NCBI GenBank assembly: GCA_040285825.1 | Contig: JAUPSS010000004.1 | Coordinates: 682,001 to 746,000, forward strand | DNA length: 64,000 nt | Origin: Eukaryota sp. TZLM1-RC | Lineage: Eukaryota; Protista; Metamonada: BaSk clade | Reading direction: 5' to 3' | In this document: positions 37,327-49,949 of the stretch, piece after piece | Layout: each line of letters starts with the position of its first letter | How positions within the stretch are numbered: the stretch's first letter is position 1 | Notes under the pieces: generated by a model | Told to the model about the DNA's origin: nothing | The model's database searches: none | What the model saw: the letters and a program-made list of their open reading frames with translations, nothing else | Position numbers and translations under genes: made by a program

Positions 37327-37613
37327 CGAAGACTGAAGAAACCACTCAACTAACAGTTGGCTTAAATTCAGACTTCCATTATCCAAGATCCCTGAATGAA
37401 ACTAATAAACTAACAGCTGGCCTTAGAGAATAAAAAAAACAATTTTCCTCCATTTATGCAACAAAATCACCAAAATGACAAAAAACAGAAACATATAAAT
37501 TCAAATAATTCACCATTTTCCTCCTTAACTTAACCTGCATTTTTCAAGACTAGAGCGCATGTTGAGGATTGTGTGAGATTTCATTCATTTATAAGAAATT
37601 TTGGGGACGCAAA

Positions 37614-39859
37614 TCATATTGTACAACACTCAGCAAGCAATTCACCGTCCGCAACTATTTCACCACAACTATTGATCAACTGCCTACTGCTTGGATACTG
37701 AATCCACCATGGAAAACAAAATAACTGAAATAAGTATTCATTCTTTACTAGCTTGACAGAGTTGATTAAATTATTATGAAATAGTTCTGTTGGAGATAAA
37801 AAGTTGGTGGCATTTTCCAGTGCGTCTTCACCAAGTTTTATTAATTGAATGAATTTCAAAGAAGGAAAATTGTGTTCAGTGATATTGGTAGGAACATTGT
37901 AATGAATTATCAACTCCTTCAAGTTTGGTAATTGGACTTCAATATTGACTGAATTTCCTAGATAGACTTCCAATCTATTAATGGATTGAGGTAAATGTAT
38001 CTCCCCTTGCAATAACCTCTCTGACAGTCCATTTAAGGCTAAATCTGACAACAGTACCAATTCTTTTAATGATGTAAGATAGCTCAAATCATCAACATTT
38101 GGATCACCAATATCATAACCTCTAACAACTAACTTCACTAGTGAAGTGGGTAGATAGTCTTTGTTACAAGGGTAGTCCAGCTCCAAAAATTTGAGATTTG
38201 ATAAATGTTCCAGGTGTAATGGAGGAATTGAATTTGACTTCATCCATCCGTCAAACTTAACAACCTCGACATTTGGGAAAAATGACAATAATTGTGGATC
38301 ATAATCAACTTCATCATAGTGAACATCAAGTTTTTTAATTCTAGTATTAATTACTTTAGGACCATTATAATCAGTAGATAATTGCAATTGTAAATCACCA
38401 ATACTTTCATTTAAATTTAAATCTTGAGGATCTTTTAGAAGCATCTTATTTTGAATTGGATGCTCATTAAATACTTCTTGAGCAAATTGAGCTACCCTTT
38501 TACTAATACCACATTTGGTGTAAAATCTTGCTTTAACGTATGGATGATTACCAAAAAGCTTTCGCAAATAATTCAAATATTCCCAATAAACAAACTTAAT
38601 TAGACCACTAAACATTCTATCCAATGGTTGTTTTGGATAATGAAAACTGCCAAGTATCTCAGAACCAAATACTTTGACAGGTTGAGGTCGATCAATCAAA
38701 TCACCTGTACCTAATTGACCTTTATCATTCCTTCCCCAAGCCCAAACAGTGTTTTTGTTGTAGGCAAAAAGGAAGTTTTCGTCAACAGAAACACCTTCTA
38801 TAACAGTGAGAGCATCAATACATCTTGGTTTCTCACTATCTTCATAAAACTCACTTATTCTGCTTAAATCACCCCAAACAAAAACTTTACCATCACCATT
38901 AGTTGAGACATAATAATAATAATAATGGAAATCAAAACAATCAATACCATAATAACCAACAATATTAATAGGGTCATGTAGCCCAAAAATTTTGGTGGGT
39001 TTGGATTTGAAATGATTAGTTCTAATAACTCTGTCAAACTTCCAAACCTCACCATAAATGTCTACAACAATAATACAATGTCCATCAAACAAAAAAGAAC
39101 CCTGGATTGGTTCTTTGGTTGAAATATGATCTAATACTGGAATTTTGGTAGTAGAAACTGATGTTTCAGCAAAACAAGTAGAGCCTTTGAAATTGACGTT
39201 AAAAACAATGGTAAAACAAAAGCTTTCATCAACTGCAACAAATGCATCACCAGAAACAGAAATACAAATAATATTATTTAATTCTTCAATTAATTCAAAT
39301 GATTCACAATCTCCCCACTTGACAACTTGGCCTTCGGGGGTCAAAGCAAATGAACAATTCTCGCCACGATAAACCTCCTTAATATTATAGGGAATGTCTA
39401 ATGGGGTGATTAATAGTGGTTCAAAAAGTGACTGAGGTGTTTCCCAATCAGGACTCCAGCCTAAAACATATACTATGCCTTGAGAAGAGAGGGCAAGGGA
39501 GTATTCACGTCCAGCTGAAATCGAAACAATATCAGTCAAAGGAGTTTTGATTGGTGCTTTGATGCTTAAAGGTCCAAAAGGAAGAATTTTGCCATAACAA
39601 TTGTCCCCCAGCCATATACTTCACCAGAATAGGTCAGGAGAAGGGTGTGCTGTTGATTGGTAGAAACATGTTTAACCCCTGTATCTCGGTCGGTCGAAAG
39701 CGTAGTGACAGAATCATTGGTTTGTGGAAGGGATTGAAATGTGTCCCAAGCATCGGGCAAGCAAGCGGTATGAGGGGTCAAAGAATCTGTTAGGGTGTGA
39801 GTGGGATGAGAAAAAGAAAAGGTAGAAGTGCCAATGTCTCCGTCCTGGTATTGAGTCAT
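37614..39859 (-). CDS. RCC1/BLIP-II repeat protein with C-terminal FNIP/LRR-like repeats; one frameshift in a G-run near 39607
   Basis: HTLLLTYSGEVYGWG/DNCYG, ISAGREYSLAL, WAWGRNDKGQLGTGD and LPTSLVKL repeats. Adding one G to the GGGGG run joins the two ORFs, consistent with a sequencing error. Confidence 0.85.
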
Positions 39860-39930
39860 TGCTACAGATGATATCTATAGACCAGAAATAAGTATACCTT
39901 TTTGGTATGTGGAGGGTCTGAGTTTTGGAA

Positions 39931-40130
39931 TTAAAGGTTGTGATATTTGTTTGATCCATCAGCGGTGACTTGTTGAAGGTATACCAGTTTATCTTCTCTT
40001 TTAACATGTGCTTTCATCACTGCCAACAAATTCAGTGAATCAGTTCGATCTCTATCGCACAAACCTTCCCTTGATTTAAACATGACAAGCCCATGAAGTA
40101 GACATTTCATGCCTCTTATTTGACTTAGGA
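39931..40130 (-). pseudogene. Fanzor extreme C-terminal remnant
   Basis: LLHGLVMF...LCDRDRTDSLNLLAVMKAHV...LVYLQQ matches the Fanzor HGLL-x-C...NRDxNAxxN...RPxYL region. Short and degenerate. Confidence 0.6.
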
Positions 40131-41019
40131 TTTCTTTAAGAGCAATTTTGACGATGGAAGTATTTGACTTTGACATCAAAGAATCAGGATTGTCTCCATT
40201 GGTTGAGTTGTTACAGTATTGATGTTGATGTTTCGATATTTGTAGTAGTTCATTATAACAAATAAGTGTTTGTTTCTCAGTGATGGTGAATAGCACGATA
40301 ACTGACAGAAGTGACAAAGTTCATTTAACAGAAAACAATGCAACAATGGTGATGTATTAAGAAGATGGTACCAATGAAATTGCGAACAGGACAAATTTTT
40401 GCAAAAACATTTGTGGATGGACTCAAATCTGCAAAATGGAAAATTCAGGTGATCATTTGATCATTCCATGATTATAATTTTCAGAATTTACCTATCAATA
40501 CATTTACCTTCAACATGAAACTACTGGTATCAGATACTGTGAATACAACCGTCATTATGATGCTTTTTCCAGACCATCAATTACATCTTTCAGCTCAATT
40601 TTGGAGCAGTTTTTTGTCAAACAAAGCATTTATTTCAACAAAACTTTCAGTACTTGTCCAAGACCAAAAAACCAAAAAGCTGCCCAAAGAATATCATTGG
40701 AACCATGCATACAGTAAGGGCCCTGTTTAAATGATGTTATTCTAGTATCATTTTACATAGCTATTGACCTTATACATGACTAACACTGAGTGGTCATGAA
40801 AGTCTTTATGTATTAACATCATAGCAATTGTTGGTTACTTTGTAGAGGATAGTGTTGGTGATCTGTCTTCATTGGGCTTTTTACAACAGTGAATTTGTGG
40901 CATTTTTGGATTTCTCCATCATCACATTATTCTGGTGAAAACCTTGAAACACTACCAGATATCCTCGCTGTAATGACTCCTGGCAAGCTAGTTAAAGCCT
41001 GCCATTGTCGTGGTTAGCT

Positions 41020-42477
41020 ATGCAAGTTGCAATATTTCTGCTATCACTGTGCATACTTGCCTTGGCTGAGAGTATTACAGATATCAACCCGATTCACATT
41101 ACAACATTAGACCCAAACAGTGACGTTACTACACAATGGTCCAGCCGATGCTACGAGAACACCCTCACCATCAGGAGCTACCCACGAATGCGAATGTTGC
41201 GATTGACCGTCAATTCTGAACGAACAGATTCCTTTTTCTGTACAGATTGGTACTTCCTTTCTTCTCACACAAGCTTCCGTACACGGTACAATGCTCTACC
41301 AGGAAGATCTACATGGACACTCCTCTACACCACGCCTCAATGGAACGACATTCAAGCACATGGACTTCATCTCTTCCATATTGACAGATCGGCTATTGAT
41401 TACCTTTCCAACGTTTTAAGTACAATCCAGTTATTCTTCAGTGATGCTTCTTCTGAAACCATTGCCAAGTTCCTCACCTCCAAGCTTAACGTGGAGTTCG
41501 TTCCTCGTGACGATGACCTAAAGTATCATATTGACAAGACCCTAATTAAACCAGGGGATTTGTTCATTCAAGCTTCCACAAGCCCTGGATCTGCTTTGAT
41601 CTCTTATGGTACCGGAGCATTCGTCAGCCATACAGTAGTCGCAGTCGAGATTGAAGGAGAGATTTACATGGCTGAGAGCGTTGATGATCACCCGTTTGCT
41701 GATCCTTCATACCATCCAAAAGGTTCAAGAAGAGGTTTCGTGGCATTACCATTTGATGAGTGGTATGAAAAAGAACAGAAGTTGAACGGGGTTACCTTGC
41801 ACATCCCATTACGAGAAGAATTATCCCTCAAGTTTAATAACAAGAAGGCGGTGGAGTGGTTCAAGGAGCACGAGCACACTCCTTATGGTTACCATTCTTT
41901 TCTTTATTCTTGGTGGGATACTCCTAATGATAACTTTCCTGATCAGTGGTCTGGGCAGTTCTTTTACCATTTGCTGATCATTGCGGAGAAAATTTACCCT
42001 GATATTGTTTATAAATCAATAGTAAAGGGAGCTCAGCATCGACTTGGTAATTATGAAGTTAAATCAGTATCAGAGCTTGGGTCTCTGTTGGCTGAAACAG
42101 GATTACATAGCTTTAGTGAGTTGATGTCCATTCCAGAGAGCGTGGAGTGGAGATACTCTAACAACCAAGGAAAACCAGATCGTTATGATTACGTTTGTTC
42201 AGCATTTGTTGCAAAGATTTGGCAACTGGGCGGTCTCTTTGGGGATTTGTCTATATCACCTGCGGAATTCACTCCAATTGATTTGGTGCAGCTTGACTTT
42301 TTTAAGGACAAATGGGAGGGAAAGCCACCTTATTGTGGTCATGGAACCAGCCCTGTGTGCCAGATTATTGGTAGTTTTCAGTATCCTTGGCCTTTACTCC
42401 ACTTTAGTAAGATTCAGCCATATGTTAATATGAATGAGAGGTGTCCCAGATGGAGACATTATAGTTTGTTGTGTTAG
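41020..42477 (+). CDS. Secreted permuted papain-like (NlpC/P60, YiiX/YebB-type) amidase-like protein
   Basis: Signal peptide MQVAIFLLSLCILALA. Motifs IKPGDL, SHTVVA...YMAES, PYGYH, YVCSAFVA, EFTPID. His precedes Cys, the permuted order. Confidence 0.8.
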   Translation: MQVAIFLLSLCILALAESITDINPIHITTLDPNSDVTTQWSSRCYENTLTIRSYPRMRMLRLTVNSERTDSFFCTDWYFLSSHTSFRTRYNALPGRSTWTLLYTTPQWNDIQAHGLHLFHIDRSAIDYLSNVLSTIQLFFSDASSETIAKFLTSKLNVEFVPRDDDLKYHIDKTLIKPGDLFIQASTSPGSALISYGTGAFVSHTVVAVEIEGEIYMAESVDDHPFADPSYHPKGSRRGFVALPFDEWYEKEQKLNGVTLHIPLREELSLKFNNKKAVEWFKEHEHTPYGYHSFLYSWWDTPNDNFPDQWSGQFFYHLLIIAEKIYPDIVYKSIVKGAQHRLGNYEVKSVSELGSLLAETGLHSFSELMSIPESVEWRYSNNQGKPDRYDYVCSAFVAKIWQLGGLFGDLSISPAEFTPIDLVQLDFFKDKWEGKPPYCGHGTSPVCQIIGSFQYPWPLLHFSKIQPYVNMNERCPRWRHYSLLC

Positions 42478-42791
42478 ATTTGATGGTTTAATAAATCAAG
42501 TTGAATTGTTTTGGGTTTTTTGAGTTTTTTTAAAGTTGAAATCAACAGAGGAGTATATTGTTATCAACTTACTGCATTTCGAACTAAGGACGTTGTTCCC
42601 TCATTATTCAATGGTTGTTACAATGAAACCGTTGGTCGAATGTTTCAATTTATTTTGGTTCAAATGTTGAACTTGTATCTATTTAAATAAGTGTCTAAAA
42701 AATCAACAATGCAAAACAAAATCATGTATTAAGCTGATAACTTTCTTTTACAACGTTCTGTGAATTAAAAAGCTTTTCAAGGATCAGCATT

Positions 42792-43450
42792 CTAGGACTT
42801 TTCGTACCATTCAATAGCTTGGCAAAGGTTTTTAGGTACACCGTAACCGTGTTCATAACAACTATTTAGATTGTACATTACAATTGTACTCATTACTAAT
42901 CCAAAAGCAGTTTGGTAAAAAAACATTGCTTGTGAATAGTGTTTTTCAACACCATTACTATCTCTATAATAACACTCCAAATTAGATTGTGCATTATTAC
43001 CCGCGGCTGCCTTGTTTTTCCAATAATATCCTTCTTTGTAATCCTGTTTGACACCAAACCCTCTAACAAAACAGTCACAAAGCCTATCCATATCCCCAGG
43101 ATGACCAGCATCAGCAGCTTTATGGAACCAAAAAACTGCTTCTTGGTAGTGTTCATCGATAGAAAATCTTGTTCTTTATTCATACATTTGTTCATTTTAT
43201 CATTGTAATATTTATTTGCTTTTTCAAACATTTGTTCAGGCGTATCATCATCACTTGACTCAACTTCTAAATTTTCAAACCCATCCTCCAAATTTTGGAC
43301 ACAATAACTACCATTGAACTCTTTTTGGTCCTCATTGGAAGAACTATCATCAGCTAATATTTAGTTAGGATTACCAGAATTCTGATTTTCTGTAATGTTA
43401 CTATTACAAATTTAAATTGAACTAATTTGTTCTTGTAATTCCTTTTCTTT
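42792..43450 (-). pseudogene. Sel1-repeat protein pseudogene
   Basis: GFGVKQDYKEGYYW..KAAAGN and GYGVPKNLCQAIEWYEKS. Frameshifted, with acidic/coiled-coil sequence upstream. Confidence 0.8.
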
Positions 43451-44529
43451 TTGGGAATTGTCATTTATATTTGAGTTTAAAAACTCAAAAATTAACCGTT
43501 AAATCGTTAATTTTTATTCTCAAATCATTTATCGATTGATCCATTTCAACCAGAGTTTGGCTTAATTCTTGAGTTGTCTGATTTCAATCAATAATAGAAG
43601 TTCAGAAATCTTTATGTTATTGGCACAAGTACTAAAAATTTTGTTCCTTTTGAGTACAATTTTATTGTTCACTCAATATTCAAATTTATTTAGTCATTTG
43701 ATTTGAAAAAATCATTCGACCTGCAAATATTGCGAAATCTCACGCACTTTTAACTTAATTACAAGTTTTCTTGGCTTTGAGCACTCAGCTGTGGTTTGGT
43801 TGAATATTTTGTTGGGTAATGTATCTGTAAAAAATCAAGTGTCACAATTGATTATTTGCTTGTATAACGTGACTTATCAAGAATGAACCACTTTATGACA
43901 AATTTTGCCAGTGGAGGCAATGAATTTTCTCTCAAACTTTTTTTATTTTAATAATTCGTTTTTAATATAATTCATTGAGCTTGTTATTCAAATTTACCTA
44001 AGAAATTAGGATTTAGAATCAACGTCACATTGGTCCAATCGTGAAAACTTAGTCAGTATGTCAAATAGAGAGGGGGTGGCGTTACCTGTTTTATTATAAT
44101 AAGCCAAATTAAGCATCGTACCAACAAAACTATTGATGCAAGTTAATTCAACTTTGCAAAATCAATTTGTTTATGTACTATTTTCATCTATATAATGATA
44201 TTTGGGGTATTTCAAAATATTGAGGTACAAGTCAAAAATTAACAAAATGTGTTGTATTTGTATTAATTGTTCAAATATAACTTCCAGGCAAATCAGTTTT
44301 ACAATGGGAATAAATTGCAACCTTGTTTTGCATTGTGCAAAATGATTCGTTTGTAAGTCATTCATAATGCACCATTTCGATGAAAATTGAAGTGATCATT
44401 TTACTATTCTACCATTCTACCATGAATTGTATTTATGACTGATACAATGTTTAACCCATTAAATTCAGGGTTGTCTTTAAAATTATCAAAAACCTGTTTT
44501 ACTTTTGTTTTTATTCCAGTGCACAATAT

Positions 44530-45330
44530 TTTTTCTGCGTGTTGCTTAAGCAGGTTCAATGAAAAAGCTAAAAAGATTTTATTACCCTTTCAATATGGTA
44601 TAAATACTAAAGATGGAGTCTCTTCAGCGATTTTTGCTACTGATGTCTTATTTCGTCAAAATGAATCCAATGTTTGCATGTCATTGGATTTTAGTAATGC
44701 TTTCAATTCACTAAGTCGTCGCAGTATCCATGGTGCTCTATTGCAATATATGCCGGAATTAATACCATATTTTCAATCAACATATTGCACATATTCTAAT
44801 TTACATTTTGGTGATAGCATTTTGAGTTCATCAAGTGGCGTAAAGCAAGGAGATCCGTTAGGACCTCTTTTGTTTTGTTTGGCCATTCATCCTATTCTAC
44901 TGCAAATTCAAGAGATGTTTCCTTCGCTAAAAATGATTGCATATATGGATGATGTTGTGCTTATTGGTGATTTAAATATTGTGAAAAAAGCAACTGTATG
45001 TTTTAAAGAATTATTTACCAAAATTGGTCTCCGACTTAATTTACTTAAAAGTGTTTTGTTATCGAATTCTCCAGTTTCCACAATAATTGATGATATTGAA
45101 ATTCAAGCCAAATTATATTCAATTGATGCTATTCGTCATTTGGGTTCATTTTTAGGAAATAATGATGAAATTACCAAAAAATTGTTTGAAAAGTTGAACT
45201 CAATTTCTGACAAAATTGACCGAATGATGAATTTAGATATAAAAAAACACATCAAATTTACCATTATAAGACTGTGTTTTAGTTCCAATTTTAATCATAT
45301 ATTTCGATCTACAAATCCTCTCGTCACTAG
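44530..45330 (+). mobile_element. Internal reverse-transcriptase fragment of a CRE-like non-LTR element (family D)
   Basis: PFQYGI, LDFSNAFNSLSR, GVKQGDPLGPLLFCLA, AYMDDV, GLRLN..KS, RHLGSFLG. Confidence 0.9.
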
Positions 45331-45374
45331 ACCTTCACGGATTCACGGATTCAATTTGCCATTATTAATAGATT

Positions 45375-45514
45375 ACCGCGGTTTTTCAATCGAATTAGAG
45401 AAGCTTTAGCTAGACAGCAAGCAAATCAAGATTTTGTAGAGGAAATCTTGGTTTAATGATAGTCGTCCCATTAGTTATGATTTAATTTAATCAAGTGTGC
45501 AAATTCAATAAATA
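45375..45514 (+). repeat. Dispersed repeat with a shared 3' end (also reverse complement near 3890-4030 and 13520-13650, and at 57286-57343)
   Basis: Shared core TGATAGTCGTCCCATTAG(T/C)TATGA...GTGTGCA, followed in three copies by TTCAATAAATA. Confidence 0.8.
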
Positions 45515-47576
45515 TAAAAATTCCAGTGCGCTGTTCCAAATATTGGCTTATGAATAATTTCAACAGTTTGATCAAGGTTTTCTACAGTGATGTTGTTATA
45601 TAAATACTCTTTTGAAAAATTAAAACAATGTTCAATAATTCCATAGTCATCTTTTGCCAGCATAGTTATTACCAATTTTTTTCGATAAAAAATCATGTGT
45701 ATAGAAACATGAATTCGATTAAAATTCGAAGATCGATCCAAAATCAATAATATCTGCTGACAACTGTGACTTTAATTCACCAAGTTTTTGTTATATTCTC
45801 TTGTTTGCAGTTCAAATTGTTCTGGCTCTTGTTTGGTTAGCTGGTACATCTTGGTATTAATGGAACCCAGGATACCCTTACCCAAACTGAAAAGTGCGCC
45901 CATGTTTTTACGATGTACTTGCAAATGTCATAATTGCTTTCCAATATGTTCCCAATAAACAATCAATTTTTGAATTATCATTATTTATTTTCCTCAGAAG
46001 AGAATATTTACATCGATTGAAAATTTTCTAATTCTATCTACATTTTTCATTCCAATATAATGATTGTTTTGCATTGCAATATAAAATGCAATACTTGGGC
46101 GAAATTTTGTTATGTTGTATTTTATATCAAAATAAAAAAATAAATTGCTCAAATGACATAAATTTAATGATGCCAAATTATACAACTGAAAATTGTTTGG
46201 ATTAATATACGTCTATTTTTGGTTTAAGGTTTAATATCCCTTGAACTCTAAGCGTAAAGCTTCAACAAAATCAAATACATGTTTATTAAATAGTTTTAAG
46301 GTAAATCCATCTCAATAGTCAAGTGAACGCTTTGTATCATCGCCATTGAATCTTTTTTTTTCAATGGTAAGATATCTTTCCACATAAATGTTGTCATATT
46401 CACACCATTAAAATTACTAACGTGATTCTAGAAAAACAGCTAACTCAAATACGTTGAATAGAAAAAAGTCTAAACAATATAAAAAATATACATCAAAAAT
46501 ATAAAAAAATCTTTCATGTATAATCGATCATTAAAAACGGTTATTAAAAATATATTTTGATTTTGTGAAATCTATATGATTTTATAAACCATCATGGTTT
46601 TGTACAAGTATAATATTGAAGTTCATGGTACCTTGAAAAATTTCTGATGAAATATTGAGTGCAACACCCTCTCTGATCTTTTCATTAAAACATTTGCTCA
46701 AGTTTCTTGAAATGGTTGACTCAATGAACATCTTCATTTAATGTTTGACGATTTTCAATTTTATAAACAATGTGATGTGTTTGTTCTTTTTGCAAATTAT
46801 ATTCATAATTGACTACATTTTTGAAAGTTGAATTGCAATTTCAAATGGTTTATTTTGAACGGTCAATATTTCACCACATTTTTTCATTTAAAATTAACTG
46901 CAGATTGGATATCAAATAAAATATTTTTCAAACTAATTTGATGAACAGTTTTCCACATATTGTGCAGGAAATGACATAACTAATTTACACCTTCATTTCA
47001 AAATTTATAATTGGAATTTAATTATATTTGCGTGCTGTTTGGTACCATTGCAAATGGAAAAACATTCTTCATTATAGTTAAATCTTTCTGAAATTGTTAA
47101 AATCACAACAAATTCGTTTGTGTTTTACAATAATGACTTTTTTTGAATAAAGTCTCATAAAAGATATTAAATAAAATAAAAATAAAAAAAATAAAAGTTA
47201 AAGGTGTTGAATGAACTGAATACGCCCACACAATTGCATTTGGTACAACAGGAATACCAACAATAACTAGCTTTATAAATAATATTTCATTAAACTATTT
47301 AAATCTATCAACAAGAACAATCAACATCTAAATAATCCATCTCTCCCAAACCAACACAACTTTCCCTTGGCGGAATCTAAGAGAAAGGACGGCATCAGAA
47401 ACCAACTTCAATATCCCCAACCAAATTATCCAACAATTTTTGAGCTTCTGGAATGTACTATTCCCTAATAATTTGGTCAAATAATCGGTCGTTAATGGAT
47501 AATGTTTGATGTGTGAGTCAGAAAAATTTGATTTATTTCAAACAAGGCTGTCAGAAAATGATAAATAATTAAACCT

Positions 47577-49880
47577 TTATGACAATAATTGACTTAAAAA
47601 AGTGCCCAAAACCTCTGAACCAAGGAAAGCATGCTTTCTAGGAGAATTTCGTCGAAGAACGCAAATGCCTTGCTCTTTCAAAGAATCTGCGGCTTTCTCA
47701 TAAACTTCTTCTTGGATACCTTTACTAATATCTGACCCGCACATTCCCAAACGCACAGATACTACCCAAACATTCTCAACATCCTTAGGAATGGAAGCAA
47801 CGCACTTCCAATATTCAGTTGCATAGGTGACTGCATCATTATTGGATAATTTGATATCAAATAGAATAGTCCAATCCTTCGTTCTCTAAATGAGATCAGG
47901 ACCACGGGCATCGGTAATGTTTAACTCGACTCTATTTAGAGGTACTAATGAGAATCGTTGTAATGGAGAACCACAAAAGGAAAATTCTTCTTTGTGAAGT
48001 ATGCCTTCAACACTATCGTGATAATTTCTAATACACTCAGGGCAAAAGAACTTCTTGCACTCTTTGCATTCCCAAGACGCTGCGTTATCACAACTTAACT
48101 TCCCTACACAGACTCTATTCGACTCACCATTAGATAGGTCCTTTTGAGACATCATTTCAAGTCCAATGATTGAACCCCTAGACTGTTCAAGCTGTGTGAA
48201 TTGAAGATCAAAAATACCATGTTCGTCAGGATTTGAATGAACACCCAGGGGTCCAAGTACCCGTACAACTGATCGATCTGCCAGATAACGCCACACGTAA
48301 TCAATTCTTAAATTAAATAGGTCACGTAAACCTGGTTTAATTCGTTGTCCCAATTCTTCTTTGGAATAACTGGAAGTTAGTAAGTCATAGCGTTGTCCAT
48401 AAGGAGAGTCACGGTTTCTGAATTTGATGGAAGCAACCAATGCATGACAGTAACGAGTCAAAACATGGGAGTGATTGGTAGATCTTTGGGATTTTCTGGG
48501 AGGTAAGGTCCAAGGAGCCAACATGATATTGTTACTACCTTCTAGTTCCTCCAGTAGCTCATTACCAATAACATCATCAAGCATTAGTGGTACTGAAGCA
48601 TCAGAAAGATTCGAGATTGATATGCTCTGTCTCTGTCTCATATCACGGTAACATCCAGAATCAGCCAGTTCAACAAGACCAAAATCAGTGCCATTATTTT
48701 TAGCATCTCAAAATGCATTCAAAAGCTGAACCATAATCCTTGGATTACCAAGACACTCTTGAAGTCTAGATTGAACAATTTCAATTTCTGCCTCAGATAA
48801 AGCAAGTTTATAAAACTCTGGAGAAGTTGAAATAAATTGATCAATATACTTTTGATGTAAAAGACCTTGTAATCTATAAGGCTTCAATTCGAAGAATGTC
48901 GCCCCTGTCAGTTTAACGGCCCTTTTCCTTTCATTGGATGCAAAGATTAAGAGACAATGTCCAGAAGCGCGTGCAGAGTAAAGAGCATTAATAAAATCAA
49001 TATTTTTCTCAACAACATGGATTTCATCCACAAACAGCAGAATCTTCTTCGTGGAAAATCGACTTGCTGTCCACTCAATGAGCTGTGGAAGGTTTATTCT
49101 GAAACATCAGCTGGAAAGTCAATTTCACATAAGCGGAGATGAGCTAGGATTTGAGAATGCAATTTAGAAGAAGGATCAACAGAAGATGAATATTCAGCTC
49201 GTAGTGTACATGGAAAAAAGGGTTTGGCCATGTGGAATAGAAGAAGCTTATCTATTGGAGTGATGGATTCTTGCTGACAATACCTTTCCAGTTGAGAAAT
49301 AGCAAGTGTGTCATTGAAAAGAGAATAAAGGAATCGACATGCAAAAGAAGTCTTCCCACTACCCGTGGCTCCTACAAAAACAGGAACAAGTAACTTGGCA
49401 TACACGCAAAATTGCATACACGCATCCTTATATTATGAAAAATTATACAAGAATTACATACTGATTACCCAATTCAGCAGCTTTTTGGTAATAAAACAAC
49501 GCTTGAGAATAGTCTTGTTCAACTCCGAGACCATGGTTATAACAATATCCTAAAGCATTCATAGCACCAACATCACCAGCATTAGCAGCTTTTCTCAACC
49601 AATAACAAGCTTGTTGATGGTCTTGATTAACACCTTTGCCATCTCTATAACAATAACCTAAATTAAACATAGCTACTCTATTACCAGCTTCAGCTGCCTT
49701 GCTATACCAATAAAAACCTTGTTGGTCATCCTTTTCTACACCAAGCTCATGGTTGTAACGATAACCTAATTGAGTCATAGCATCGGGATGACCAGCATCA
49801 GCAGCTTTTTTCACTCAAGAAAGACACATTGCTATTCTGCATGCAGATGCAAACCTAGCGTTGCGTACCAAACCCAACAT
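47577..49880 (-). pseudogene. Sel1 repeats - P-loop NTPase - B-box-like Zn finger - PD-(D/E)xK nuclease (Crinkler-like architecture), disrupted
   Basis: Three Sel1 repeats. A putative 31-nt intron at 49427-49457 gives AAELGNQY|DACMQF in frame. Walker A GATGSGKT, Walker B ILLFVDE, C..C...C.EC.KFFC.EC...H, and GPDLI*RTKDWTILFDIK. Stops at 49815, 48708 and 47886; frameshift near 49100. Confidence 0.72.
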
Positions 49881-49949
49881 TTCTGTTTAAAATTTTGTAT
49901 TTCCGGTGACGAAATTGCATTACACTATTTTATTAAACTCAAACTACTA

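Noticed and set aside
47577-49880. Alternative genetic code (in-frame TGA/TAG, one at a Sel1 Trp position)
   Set aside because: Conserved genes end properly at TAA (Rpn10), TAG (dihydropyrimidinase) and TGA (TBCB) and have no internal stops. Internal stops occur only in decayed copies, e.g. TAG at 5850 where sister copies have TAT.
49815-49880. Mitochondrial/hydrogenosomal presequence-like N-terminus MLGLVRNARFAS
   Set aside because: Short, on a pseudogene, and followed by a stop; easily arises by chance.
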